From assembly GCA_963765915.1 (NCBI GenBank), contig CAVXYB010000002.1:27026-91025 (forward strand): DNA of 64,000 nt, read 5' to 3'. Shown piece after piece: positions 1-8,593 of the stretch. The stretch comes from an uncultured Actinomycetota bacterium. Its GTDB lineage: Bacteria > Actinomycetota > Actinomycetes > Propionibacteriales > Nocardioidaceae. The translations under genes and the position numbers were made by a program. The notes under the pieces are model-generated. The model had not been told where the DNA came from, did no database searches, and saw only the letters and a program-made list of their open reading frames with translations. How positions within the stretch are numbered: position 1 is the first letter of the stretch; each line of letters begins with the position of its first letter.

Positions 1-134
1 TGGCTGGTGCGGGGTAGTCATGGGTGCGAGGCTCCTTCGGGTCGGGGCACGCTACCTCGCCGACGCCGGGTTTCGCGGAGAGAGCGAGCTCCGGTGGTTG
101 GACTCGCTCACCCACCGCGGCGTAGTCTTGTCCA

Positions 135-292
135 CTGCCTGAGAAGTCTGCCTCAGTCCCGTACGGAGTGGACTCCCAGCTCGCTATTGACGCCGGCTCC
201 TTTGACGGAGCGGGCGCAGCAACCAGTCGGTAGTGAAACGGACCTCTCGCGCGCCCACACGACATCTGCCCATCCAAGGAATCACCTCCCTT
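135..292 (+). promoter_or_regulatory. Putative structured 5' leader of rpsA
   Basis: TAGTCT -10-like box at 123-128; hairpin CGCCGGCTCC/GGAGCGGGCG near 191-216 and TCCACT/AGTGGA pairing at 131-172; rpsA leaders are commonly autoregulatory. Confidence 0.35.
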
Positions 293-1768
293 ATGACAGC
301 CACCATCTCGACTCTTCCGGACTACGACGCGCCCCAGGTGGCCGTCAACGACATCGGTTCGGAAGAAGACTTCCTCGCCGCGATCGACGCGACCATCAAG
401 TACTTCAACGACGGCGACATCGTCGAGGGCACCATCGTCAAGGTCGACCGCGACGAGGTCCTGCTCGACATCGGCTACAAGACCGAGGGCGTCATCCCCT
501 CCCGTGAGCTGTCGATCAAGCACGACATCGACCCCAACGAGGTCGTCCAGGTCGGCGACAAGGTCGAGGCACTGGTCCTCCAGAAGGAGGACAAGGAGGG
601 CCGGCTGATCCTGTCCAAGAAGCGGGCTCAATACGAGCGCGCGTGGGGCACGATCGAGCAGGTCAAGGAGGAGGACGGTGTCGTCGAGGGCACGGTCATC
701 GAGGTCGTCAAGGGCGGCCTGATCCTCGACATCGGACTGCGCGGCTTCCTGCCCGCGTCGCTGGTCGAGATGCGCCGGGTGCGCGACCTGCAGCCCTACG
801 TCGGTCAGAAGCTCGAGGCCAAGATCATCGAGCTCGACAAGAACCGCAACAATGTCGTCCTCTCGCGCCGCGCGTGGCTGGAGCAGACTCAGTCCGAGGT
901 GCGCCACGGCTTCCTGACCCAGCTCCAGAAGGGTCAGATCCGCAAGGGCGTCGTCTCGTCGATCGTCAACTTCGGTGCCTTCGTGGACCTCGGCGGCGTC
1001 GACGGTCTGGTGCACGTCTCCGAGCTGTCGTGGAAGCACATCGACCACCCCTCGGAGGTCGTGACCGTGGGTGACGAGGTCACCGTCGAGGTGCTCGACG
1101 TCGACATGGACCGCGAGCGGGTCTCGCTGTCACTCAAGGCGACGCAGGAGGACCCCTGGCAGCACTTCGCCCGCACCCACCAGATCGGCCAGATCGTGCC
1201 GGGCAAGGTCACCAAGCTGGTGCCGTTCGGCTCGTTCGTGCGGGTCGAGGAGGGCATCGAGGGCCTGGTGCACATCTCCGAGCTGGCCGAGCGCCACGTG
1301 GAGATCCCCGAGCAGGTCGTCCAGGTCAACGACGACGTGATGGTCAAGATCATCGACATCGACCTCGAGCGTCGCCGGATCTCGCTGTCGCTCAAGCAGG
1401 CCAACGAGACCGCCGCCGCGGCCGAGGTCGAGGACTTCGACCCGACGCTCTACGGCATGGCCGCGACCTACGACGACCAGGGCAACTACGTCTACCCCGA
1501 TGGCTTCGACCCCGACACGGGCGAGTGGCTCGAGGGCTACGACGAGCAGCGGGCCGTGTGGGAGGAGCAGTACGCCAAGGCGCACGCGCGCTGGGAGGCC
1601 CACGTCAAGCAGCAGGCCGAGGCCGCTCAGGCCGAGGTCGAGGCCGGCGAGGCCACGTCGTACTCCAGCGACTCCGAGGCCGAGGAGACCACCGACGACA
1701 GCGGTTCGCTGGCCTCCGACGAGGCGCTCCAGGCGCTCCGCGAAAAGTTGACGGGCGGCGCCAGCTGA
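293..1768 (+). CDS. rpsA: 30S ribosomal protein S1
   Basis: Four S1 repeats (GDIVEGTIVKV, FGAFVDLGGVDGLVHVSELSW); C-terminal LASDEALQALREKL typical of actinobacteria; ATG 293 after AAGGA. Confidence 0.98.
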   Translation: MTATISTLPDYDAPQVAVNDIGSEEDFLAAIDATIKYFNDGDIVEGTIVKVDRDEVLLDIGYKTEGVIPSRELSIKHDIDPNEVVQVGDKVEALVLQKEDKEGRLILSKKRAQYERAWGTIEQVKEEDGVVEGTVIEVVKGGLILDIGLRGFLPASLVEMRRVRDLQPYVGQKLEAKIIELDKNRNNVVLSRRAWLEQTQSEVRHGFLTQLQKGQIRKGVVSSIVNFGAFVDLGGVDGLVHVSELSWKHIDHPSEVVTVGDEVTVEVLDVDMDRERVSLSLKATQEDPWQHFARTHQIGQIVPGKVTKLVPFGSFVRVEEGIEGLVHISELAERHVEIPEQVVQVNDDVMVKIIDIDLERRRISLSLKQANETAAAAEVEDFDPTLYGMAATYDDQGNYVYPDGFDPDTGEWLEGYDEQRAVWEEQYAKAHARWEAHVKQQAEAAQAEVEAGEATSYSSDSEAEETTDDSGSLASDEALQALREKLTGGAS

Positions 1769-1790
1769 TCAGCTGACCGCCCCAGAACGC

Positions 1791-1825
1791 ACGAAGACCC
1801 GGCAGGTGACCTGCCGGGTCTTCGT
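1791..1825 (+). terminator. Intrinsic, probably bidirectional terminator
   Basis: ACGAAGACCCGGCAG-GTGAC-CTGCCGGGTCTTCGT perfect hairpin after the rpsA stop. Confidence 0.85.
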
Positions 1826-1850
1826 AGTTCTTGGTGGGTGGTGGACCGGG

Positions 1851-2012
1851 TCACCGCGCCGACGGCGCGATGAAGTCGGGGTCCTCGAAGTGGGAGACCG
1901 GGGGCCGCTGGGGGCCCTGGCCGTCGTGAAGCACGAGACGAACGGTTTCCACGGCAAGCACCGCGGCGACCGCCAGAAGGATGATGATGAAGAAGGTCAT
2001 GGCAGTAATCAT
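1851..2012 (-). CDS. Small single-pass membrane protein (~50 aa)
   Basis: Hydrophobic MTFFIIILLAVAAVLAV followed by DGQGPQRPPVSH; divergent from the AraC regulator; start 2012 or 2000. Confidence 0.6.
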   Translation of the reverse strand: MITAMTFFIIILLAVAAVLAVETVRLVLHDGQGPQRPPVSHFEDPDFIAPSAR

Positions 2013-2094
2013 GCCCTGCACGTGATCCTGCCACGAGTGGCAGGAATGCCACTGTGCGTTGATTTTCTGCCAAGTATGCGTCAGGATGTGCGGC

Positions 2095-3060
2095 ATGAGC
2101 GAGATCAACACCGTTGCGGTGATCGTGCAGGACGGCGTCGAGCCGTTCGGGCTGGGCTCCCTGGTCGAGGTGTGGGGGGAGTCCTACCACCCCGAGGACC
2201 AGAACCCGGTCTTCGACTTCCGCATCTGCACGCCGCGGCCCGGGCGGGTCAGGGGCCGTTCCGACTTCGACCTGCACGTCGAGCGCGGCCTCGAGGCCAC
2301 CCTCGACGCCGACCTGGTCTGCCTGGCACCCAAGCACGACTTCACCGACCACGACCCGGCGGTCCTCGAGGCCATTCGCGCGGCGTACGAGCGCGGAGCG
2401 ATCATCTACGCGCACTGCTCCGGTGTCTTCGAGCTCGGTGCGGCGGGGTTGCTCGACGGGCGGGAGTGCACCACCCACTGGCGCTACACCCAGCTGCTGG
2501 AGGAGACCTACCCGGAGGCGAAGGTCCGCCCCGACGTCCTCTACTGCCACGACGACACCGTGCTCACCGGCGCCGGGTCGGCGGCGGGCATTGACGCCTC
2601 GCTGCACCTGATGCGCGAGAAGTTCGGCGCGCACGTCGCCGCCACGACCGCCCGCCGCATCGTCGTGGCCCCGCACCGGGACGGCGGACAGGCCCAGTTC
2701 ATCGCCCGACCGGTCGCGGATTGCGAGGCCGAGACACTCGGGCCGCTGCTCCAGTGGATCGTCGAGCACCTTGACGAGGACCTCGACGTCGACACCCTGG
2801 CCCGCAAGTCGTTGATGTCGCCGCGCACCTTCGCCCGACGGTTCCGCGCCGAGACCGGCGCGACGCCGCACTCGTGGGTGACCAGGCAGCGGGTGCTGCG
2901 CGCCGAGCAGCTGCTCGAGCAGACCGACCGGTCGATCGAGTGGGTCGCCTCCGACGTCGGGTTCGGCAACGCTGCCACCCTGCGCCACCACTTCACCCGC
3001 CAGCGCGGGGTCAGCCCGCAGCAGTACCGGCGTAGCTACTGCCCGTCAGGCGTGGCATAG
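2095..3060 (+). CDS. GlxA/FtrA-family AraC transcriptional regulator
   Basis: DJ-1-like N-domain (CSGVF, GLLDGRECTTHW, RDGGQAQF) and AraC HTH (MSPRTFARRF, VGFGNAATLRHHF). Confidence 0.93.
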   Translation: MSEINTVAVIVQDGVEPFGLGSLVEVWGESYHPEDQNPVFDFRICTPRPGRVRGRSDFDLHVERGLEATLDADLVCLAPKHDFTDHDPAVLEAIRAAYERGAIIYAHCSGVFELGAAGLLDGRECTTHWRYTQLLEETYPEAKVRPDVLYCHDDTVLTGAGSAAGIDASLHLMREKFGAHVAATTARRIVVAPHRDGGQAQFIARPVADCEAETLGPLLQWIVEHLDEDLDVDTLARKSLMSPRTFARRFRAETGATPHSWVTRQRVLRAEQLLEQTDRSIEWVASDVGFGNAATLRHHFTRQRGVSPQQYRRSYCPSGVA

Positions 3061-3100
3061 AGGCCACTCGGCGGCGGTGAGCCCCGGCTACCCTCGCGTC

Positions 3101-3904
3101 GTGTCCCGCACTTTCCTGCTCGGCGTTGGCTGCCAGAAGGGCGGGACCGCCTGGATGCACCGCTACCTCGAGGCCTCGCCGCAGTGCGACCCGGGCTTCC
3201 GCAAGGAGTACCACGTCTGGGATGCGCTCGACCTTCCCTCGGGGAAGCTGGCGCGAGAGCGGATCGAGAGCCAGGGCGGGCAGCGAGCGGAGTTCCTCCA
3301 CGATCCCGACCAGTACTTCGACTACTTCTCCGGGCTGCTGCGGCCAGATGACATCCGGCTGACCGCCGACATCACTCCGGGGTACGCCGCCCTCCCGGTC
3401 GAGCGGCTCACGATGATTCGCTCCGGCTTCGAGGCTCGTGGCGTCCGGCCGGCAGCCGTCTACCTGCTCCGCGACCCGGTCGAGCGGATCTGGTCGGCGG
3501 CCCGGATGGACCTGCGCCGCAAGGGCCAGGATGCGCCCGAGGCGCCGGAGACCCGGGTGGGCCACATGTACGTGCACCCGATGTACGCCGACCGCACCCG
3601 CTACGACGTGACCATGGATGCGCTCGAGCAGGCGTTCCCTCGGGAGGACGTCTTCTACGGCTTCTACGAGCGGCTCTTCTCCACCGAGACCCTCGCCCCG
3701 CTCTGCGGGTTCCTCGGCATCGACTTCCACGAACCGGACCTCGGACGGCACGTCAACGTCTCGCCCAAGTCCGAAGGTGCCACCCTCCCCGAGGACACGG
3801 TCCGCACCGTCGCCCGCCACTTCGCGCCGGTGTACGACGCGGTGCAGCGCCGCTTCCCGGACCTCGACCTCGCCGACCTCTGGCCTTCGACGCGGCTGCT
3901 GTAG
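3101..3904 (+). CDS. Sulfotransferase family protein
   Basis: PAPS-binding GVGCQKGGT motif, KEYHVW, DITPGY, LLRDPVERIWS. Confidence 0.85.
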   Translation: MSRTFLLGVGCQKGGTAWMHRYLEASPQCDPGFRKEYHVWDALDLPSGKLARERIESQGGQRAEFLHDPDQYFDYFSGLLRPDDIRLTADITPGYAALPVERLTMIRSGFEARGVRPAAVYLLRDPVERIWSAARMDLRRKGQDAPEAPETRVGHMYVHPMYADRTRYDVTMDALEQAFPREDVFYGFYERLFSTETLAPLCGFLGIDFHEPDLGRHVNVSPKSEGATLPEDTVRTVARHFAPVYDAVQRRFPDLDLADLWPSTRLL

Positions 3905-3913
3905 CCGTCCATG

Positions 3914-4051
3914 TCGGTGGTTGAGGAGGTCGCTCTGCGACCGTCTCGAAACCTCGAAAGGTCTGGCTGGGACGCGACCGCCGGGATCCAGTTCCAGCAT
4001 CGCTTGCGGTGGTTTCGAGACGCTCCCTAGCGGGAGCTCCTCAACCACCGG
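3914..4051. repeat. REPIN-like element (two inverted REP arms)
   Basis: GGTGGTTGAGGAGG..CCGTCTCGAAACC, a spacer, then the inverted arm GGTTTCGAGACG..CTCCTCAACCACC; the right arm supplies the stop of the AMP-ligase gene. Confidence 0.85.
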
Positions 4052-5300
4052 CATCTGGCAGCTCCTGACGCAGCACCTTCCCGGTGAGCGTGCGCGGGAG
4101 CTCCGGAACGGCGTGCCAGGTCTTGGGGCGCTTGGGCGGGGCCAGCCGCTCGCGGACGAAGGCGTCGAGCTCGGTGGGCAAGGCGGCGCCGACGTACGCC
4201 GCGCACACGCGCTGTCCCCACTGCTCGTCCGGCACGCCGTACACCGCGACGTCGTCGACATCGGGGTGCTCGAGCAGGACCTGTTCGACCTCGAGCGGGT
4301 AGACGTTGACGCCGCCGCTGATCACGAGGTCCTCGCGGCGCCCGTCGAGGAACAGGTAGCCGTCGTCGTCCAGCCGGCCGAGGTCGCCGACCGTGAAGGC
4401 CGGTCCGTCCGGGGTGTCCCGCCAGGCGGCAGCGGTCTTGTCCGGGTCGCCGTAGTAGGTGAACCGGGCGTGCGCCGGGACCGCGCACCAGATCGTGCCG
4501 TCGTCGTCCGTCGTCAGCACCCGGCCCGGGCGCGCGCGGCCGACGGTGCCGGGACGCTCGAGCCACTCCTCGGACCGGCTGGCGGTGAACTGGCCCTCGG
4601 TCGAGCCGTAGAACTCCCACGTCGAGCCGGCCGGGAAGGTCTCGACCAGCCGCCGTTTGAGGGCATCGGGGCAAGGCGCTCCGGCGTGCGCGACCAGCCG
4701 GAACGACGCGAGGTCCGGAGTGCCGACCTCGTCCCAGTGCGCGAACAGCCGCTGCAGGTGGGTCGGCACGCAGAACATCGACGTGGGGCGTTTCTCCTCG
4801 ATCGTTGCGGTGACGGTGGCCGGGTCGAACGGACCCGGCACGACCACCCGGCCCCCGGCCAGAGTCGTCCCCATCGCGAAGCGCAGCGGCGCGGAGTGGT
4901 ACAGCGGTGAGACCACCAGGTTCACGTCGCTGTCGGCAAAGCCCCACAGCGCCCGCTCCTCGGCGACCAGCGCGTCGGCCTCGACATCTGACAGCAGCCC
5001 GCTCCACACGCCCTTCGGCGTCCCGGTGGTGCCGCTGGTGACATGCATCGGCCGGGCGCGAGGCAGCCCGCGGGTAGGGGCGTACCGCGCTCCGAGCTCG
5101 GTCAGCTCCGTCTCGTCGGTCACCAGCAGCGTGGGGGAGAGGCCGGCCAGGATCCGGTCCCGCTCGTAGGCCGTGAGCCGCGGGTCCAGCGGGATCGGGA
5201 CCACGCCCGCGGCAAGCAGCCCGATCACGACGTCGAGGTATGCCAGCGACGGAGGCACCAGCAGCGCCACCCGATCCCCGTCGCGCAGTCCGGTGGTCAC
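4041..5300 (-). CDS. AMP-dependent acyl-CoA synthetase family protein
   Basis: TSGTTGTPKG P-loop, YGSTEG, GDLG, SGGVNVYP, PRTLTGK; GTG at 5300. Confidence 0.92.
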   Translation of the reverse strand: MTTGLRDGDRVALLVPPSLAYLDVVIGLLAAGVVPIPLDPRLTAYERDRILAGLSPTLLVTDETELTELGARYAPTRGLPRARPMHVTSGTTGTPKGVWSGLLSDVEADALVAEERALWGFADSDVNLVVSPLYHSAPLRFAMGTTLAGGRVVVPGPFDPATVTATIEEKRPTSMFCVPTHLQRLFAHWDEVGTPDLASFRLVAHAGAPCPDALKRRLVETFPAGSTWEFYGSTEGQFTASRSEEWLERPGTVGRARPGRVLTTDDDGTIWCAVPAHARFTYYGDPDKTAAAWRDTPDGPAFTVGDLGRLDDDGYLFLDGRREDLVISGGVNVYPLEVEQVLLEHPDVDDVAVYGVPDEQWGQRVCAAYVGAALPTELDAFVRERLAPPKRPKTWHAVPELPRTLTGKVLRQELPDAGG

Positions 5301-5374
5301 TGGCCAACAGTAGGAGCGCGGGAACTCCGGCCGTCCACCGGACATGTGAGGGTGTGACGCAGGGAGGCGCAGTG

Positions 5375-5746
5375 GTGATCGGCAGCGACGAGCAGGAGCT
5401 CGTCGACGGCTTGCACACCGGCGACCCGGGCGCGTTGGCGGCGCTGTTCGACCGCTACGGCGACCGAATCTACAACCACTGCTCCCGCAACCTCGGCGAC
5501 TGGGCCGAGGCCGAGGACGCCACCTCGTCGGTGTTCCTCGAGGTCTGACGGCACCGCCGCCGGGTCCGGCTGCACGACGGGTCTGCGTTGCCCTGGCTCT
5601 ATGGCGTCGCGACCAACGTCTGCCGCAACGCCGGTCGGTCACGTCGGCGATACCTCCGCGCGGTCTTGAGCCTGCCACCGCCAGCCGCCGAGCCGGACCA
5701 CGCCGAGCGGGTCTCGGACCGGTTGGGCTCCGAGGAGGAAGACCCG
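5375..5746 (+). pseudogene. Truncated ECF sigma factor (region 2 only, internal TGA)
   Basis: LFDRYGDRIYNHC..AEDATSSVFLEV*R..PWLYGVATNVCRN; TGA at 5546-5548 where Trp is expected; region 4 missing; runs in frame into the next gene. Confidence 0.8.
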
Positions 5747-6683
5747 ATGAACGAGCGTCACGTGGTGGTGGGAGCCGGTCCGGTCGGACTGGCCACGGCC
5801 GAGCTGCTGGTCGAGCAGCACCAGGAGGTCCTGCTGATCAGCCGGTCCGGCGCCGGACCGGAGATCGCGGGGGTACGCCGCGAGGCGGCCGATGCCTCGG
5901 ACGCGGGCCGGCTCACCGAGCTCGCCCAGGGCGCGGTGGCGATCTACAACTGCGTCAACCCGCCGTCGTACGACGTGTGGCCGGAGTTCTGGCCTTCGGT
6001 GGCCGCGGCGTTCCTCGAGGCCGCCGAGCGGAGCGGCGCGGTGCTGGTCACCGCGGCGGCGCTGTACCCGTACGGCCCGGTCGCCGGTCCGATGGTGGAG
6101 GGGATGGCCGACGCGGCGACCACGAAGAAGGCTCTGATCCGGGGCGGGATGTGGGCCGAGGCGAAGCGGCGTCACGACGACGGCCGGATCAAAGCCGTGG
6201 AGGTGCGTGGCTCGGACTAGATGGGGCCGCGCGTCTCGACCGCGACCGGCCACATCGCCCGGGTCGCGCCCGCGGCTCTGGAGGGCAAGACCGTGCGCGT
6301 CTTCGGCAGCCCGGAGCAGCCCCATTCGTTCACCGACGTGCGCGACATGGCGCGCGCTGGTCCGGGTCGCCGGTGAGCCGTCCGCGTGGGGCCGGGTCTG
6401 GCACGCCCCGACCAACCCCGCCAAGACCCAGGCCGAGGTGCTCCAGGACGTCGCCGCCTCCGTCGGTCGCACCATCGGCAAGGTGAAGTCGATGCCGCAC
6501 GTGCTGCTATCTGTCGGAGGTGTCGTGGTGCCCGTGCTGCGGGAGCTGCGCGAGACGGAGTACCAGTTCACGGCGCCGTACGTGCTCGACTCCTCGGCGA
6601 TCGAGGCTGCCTTCGGGCTCGCCCCGACCCCGTGGCACGAGGTCTGCCGGGCCACCGCCGAGACCGCCCTGGCCAGCGCCTAG
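5747..6683 (+). pseudogene. NAD-dependent epimerase/dehydratase, interrupted
   Basis: GAGGAGGA RBS, HVVVGAGPVG Rossmann motif; TAG at 6218-6220 (RGSD*MGP) and a frameshift in a GC dinucleotide run near 6350-6358. Confidence 0.8.
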
Positions 6684-6692
6684 TCTCAGCCC

Positions 6693-7286
6693 ATGCGGGT
6701 GGGGCTGACCGGCGGGATCGCCTCCGGGAAGAGCACCGTCTCGACCATCCTGTCCGAGCTGGGCGCGGTGGTCATCGACTCCGATGTTCTGGCCCGCGAG
6801 GTGGTCGCGCGGGGTACGCCGGGTCTCGACCAGGTGGTCGAGGCGTTCGGCGCCGAGGTGCTGACCGCGGGCGGCGATCTGGATCGCCCCAAGGTCGGGG
6901 CCATCGTCTTCGGCGACGAGGCCAAGCGGCGAGTGCTCGAGGGGATCATCCACCCGCTCGTCCGCAAGCGGAGCGCCGAGCTCGAGGCGGCTGCCGGCCC
7001 CGACGAGCTCGTGGTCCACGACATCCCCCTGCTCGCCGAGGCGGGGCTGGCCGACGCGTTCGACGCGGTCATCGTGGTCGACGTCCCGGCGGAGCTGCAG
7101 GTGGAGCGGATGGTCCGGGACCGCGGCTGGACCCGCGAGGACGCCGAGTCGCGCATCGCTGCCCAGGCCTCCCGCGAGGACCGGCTGGCCATCGCGACGT
7201 ACGTCGTCGAGAACAGCGGTTCGCTCGACGACCTGCGGGCTCGGGTCGAGGAGGTTTTCGCCGAGCTCACCTCCACACACTTGTAA
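6693..7286 (+). CDS. coaE: Dephospho-CoA kinase
   Basis: GLTGGIASGKSTV, LEGIIHPLV, DIPLLAE, RIAAQ. Confidence 0.97.
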   Translation: MRVGLTGGIASGKSTVSTILSELGAVVIDSDVLAREVVARGTPGLDQVVEAFGAEVLTAGGDLDRPKVGAIVFGDEAKRRVLEGIIHPLVRKRSAELEAAAGPDELVVHDIPLLAEAGLADAFDAVIVVDVPAELQVERMVRDRGWTREDAESRIAAQASREDRLAIATYVVENSGSLDDLRARVEEVFAELTSTHL

Positions 7287-7352
7287 CTGACTGTTCCGAC
7301 TACTGGCCTGCCTGAATATGCGCAGGGCAGTAGTCGCAACAGTCAGTTACAA
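7281..7352. repeat. AT-rich 25-bp inverted repeat (MITE/REP-like)
   Basis: TTGTAACTGACTGTTCCGACTACTG / CAGTAGTCGCAACAGTCAGTTACAA with one mismatch; contains the coaE TAA stop. Confidence 0.75.
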
Positions 7353-7376
7353 CTGTCGGCCGGCGGACTCGGACGT

Positions 7377-7415
7377 GACGAGAGCCCCGGCCAGCGCGTG
7401 GCGGGGGCTCTCGTC
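7377..7415. terminator. Terminator hairpin between convergent coaE and sigma gene
   Basis: GACGAGAGCCCC...GGGGCTCTCGTC. Confidence 0.7.
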
Positions 7416-7448
7416 TCTCGTGGGACTACGAGTCTGTTGTTGTTGTTG

Positions 7449-8402
7449 TCAGGCCGCGAGGTCCGGGTCGGCGATGCGGCGCAGCTTCTGCAGCGCCTCG
7501 CGCTCGAGCTGGCGGACCCGCTCTGCGGAGATGCCGTGCTTGGCGCCGATGTCGGCGAGCTTGTGCTGCCGGCCGTCGACCAGGCCGTAGCGCGACCGGA
7601 TGATGTCCGCGGCCCGCTCGTCGAGGTGCTGGACCAGGGTGTTGAGCCGGTCCCGGGCCTCCACGTCGAGGACGGTCAGGTCCGGGCCGGGCGAGGTCTC
7701 CTGGGCCATCAGGTCGCCGAGCGAGGTGTCGCCGTCCTCGTCGACCGGCGAGTCGAGGCTGACGTGCTCACGCCCCCACGCCATCAGGTCGAGGACGCGG
7801 TCGATGTCCATGCCGAGCTCAGCTGCGATCTCGCTCGGGTCGGGGTCGCGGCCGAGCTGGCGCTCGAGGGTACGGCGGGCGCCGCCGACCTGGTTGAGCT
7901 CCTCGACCACGTGCACCGGGAGCCGGACCACCCGGGCCTGCTGGGCGATGCCGCGCGTGATCGCCTGACGCACCCACCACGTGGCGTACGTCGAGAACTT
8001 GTAGCCCTTGGTGTAGTCGAACTTCTCGACCGCGCGGATCAGGCCGGTGTTGCCCTCCTGGATGAGGTCGAGCATCGGCATCTGGGCGCGGCCGTACTTG
8101 CGGGCGATGGAGACCACCAGCCGCAGGTTCGCGGTGATGAACGTGTCCACCGCCTTGCGCCCCTCCTCGGCGAGCCACTCGAGCTCCTCCTGGGAGGCGT
8201 TCAGGGGTGCGCCGCCCTTCTTGCGTCCCACCCGACCCTCACGGAGCAGGTGCTCAGCCATCAGGCCGGCCTCGATCGTCTCGGAGAGCTCGACCTCGGC
8301 CGCGGCGTCGAGGAGGGCATTGCGCGCGATTTCGTCGAGGTAGAGGCCAACGCTGTCGCGTCCCTCGATCTCGCGCGTCACACCAGCGGTGCGAGTCGCC
8401 AT
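7449..8402 (-). CDS. Group 2 sigma-70 factor (HrdD/SigB-like)
   Basis: [53 protein letters not shown]; no region 1.1; AAGGAGG RBS. Confidence 0.93.
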   Translation of the reverse strand: MATRTAGVTREIEGRDSVGLYLDEIARNALLDAAAEVELSETIEAGLMAEHLLREGRVGRKKGGAPLNASQEELEWLAEEGRKAVDTFITANLRLVVSIARKYGRAQMPMLDLIQEGNTGLIRAVEKFDYTKGYKFSTYATWWVRQAITRGIAQQARVVRLPVHVVEELNQVGGARRTLERQLGRDPDPSEIAAELGMDIDRVLDLMAWGREHVSLDSPVDEDGDTSLGDLMAQETSPGPDLTVLDVEARDRLNTLVQHLDERAADIIRSRYGLVDGRQHKLADIGAKHGISAERVRQLEREALQKLRRIADPDLAA

Positions 8403-8451
8403 GGGGGTCCCTCCTTCATGTGGGAAGTCGCAGTCATCCCACGTCTTGGAC

Positions 8452-8477
8452 AACGCCCACGGTGTCCCAGGGATTCC
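8452..8477 (-). promoter_or_regulatory. SigR/SigH-type promoter
   Basis: GGAAT-N18-GTT on the minus strand upstream of the HrdD-like gene. Confidence 0.7.
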
Positions 8478-8505
8478 CGGGCAAACGTGGGCCTTCGCAT
8501 GAACT

Positions 8506-8531
8506 GACGGTTGAGAAGGCTCCGTAGTTGC
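8506..8531 (-). promoter_or_regulatory. Streptomyces SigE-type ECF promoter
   Basis: GCAAC-N17-CGTC on the minus strand. Confidence 0.5.
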
Positions 8532-8593
8532 GTCGTGAGAGAACTCTCAGGGACTTCTCAGGGCCTGATCGCGGAGTTCTTCGCGTCCGGCCG

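Noticed and set aside
1-21. Possible start of a minus-strand gene (ATG at 21)
   Set aside because: Only seven codons are visible, too few to support a call.
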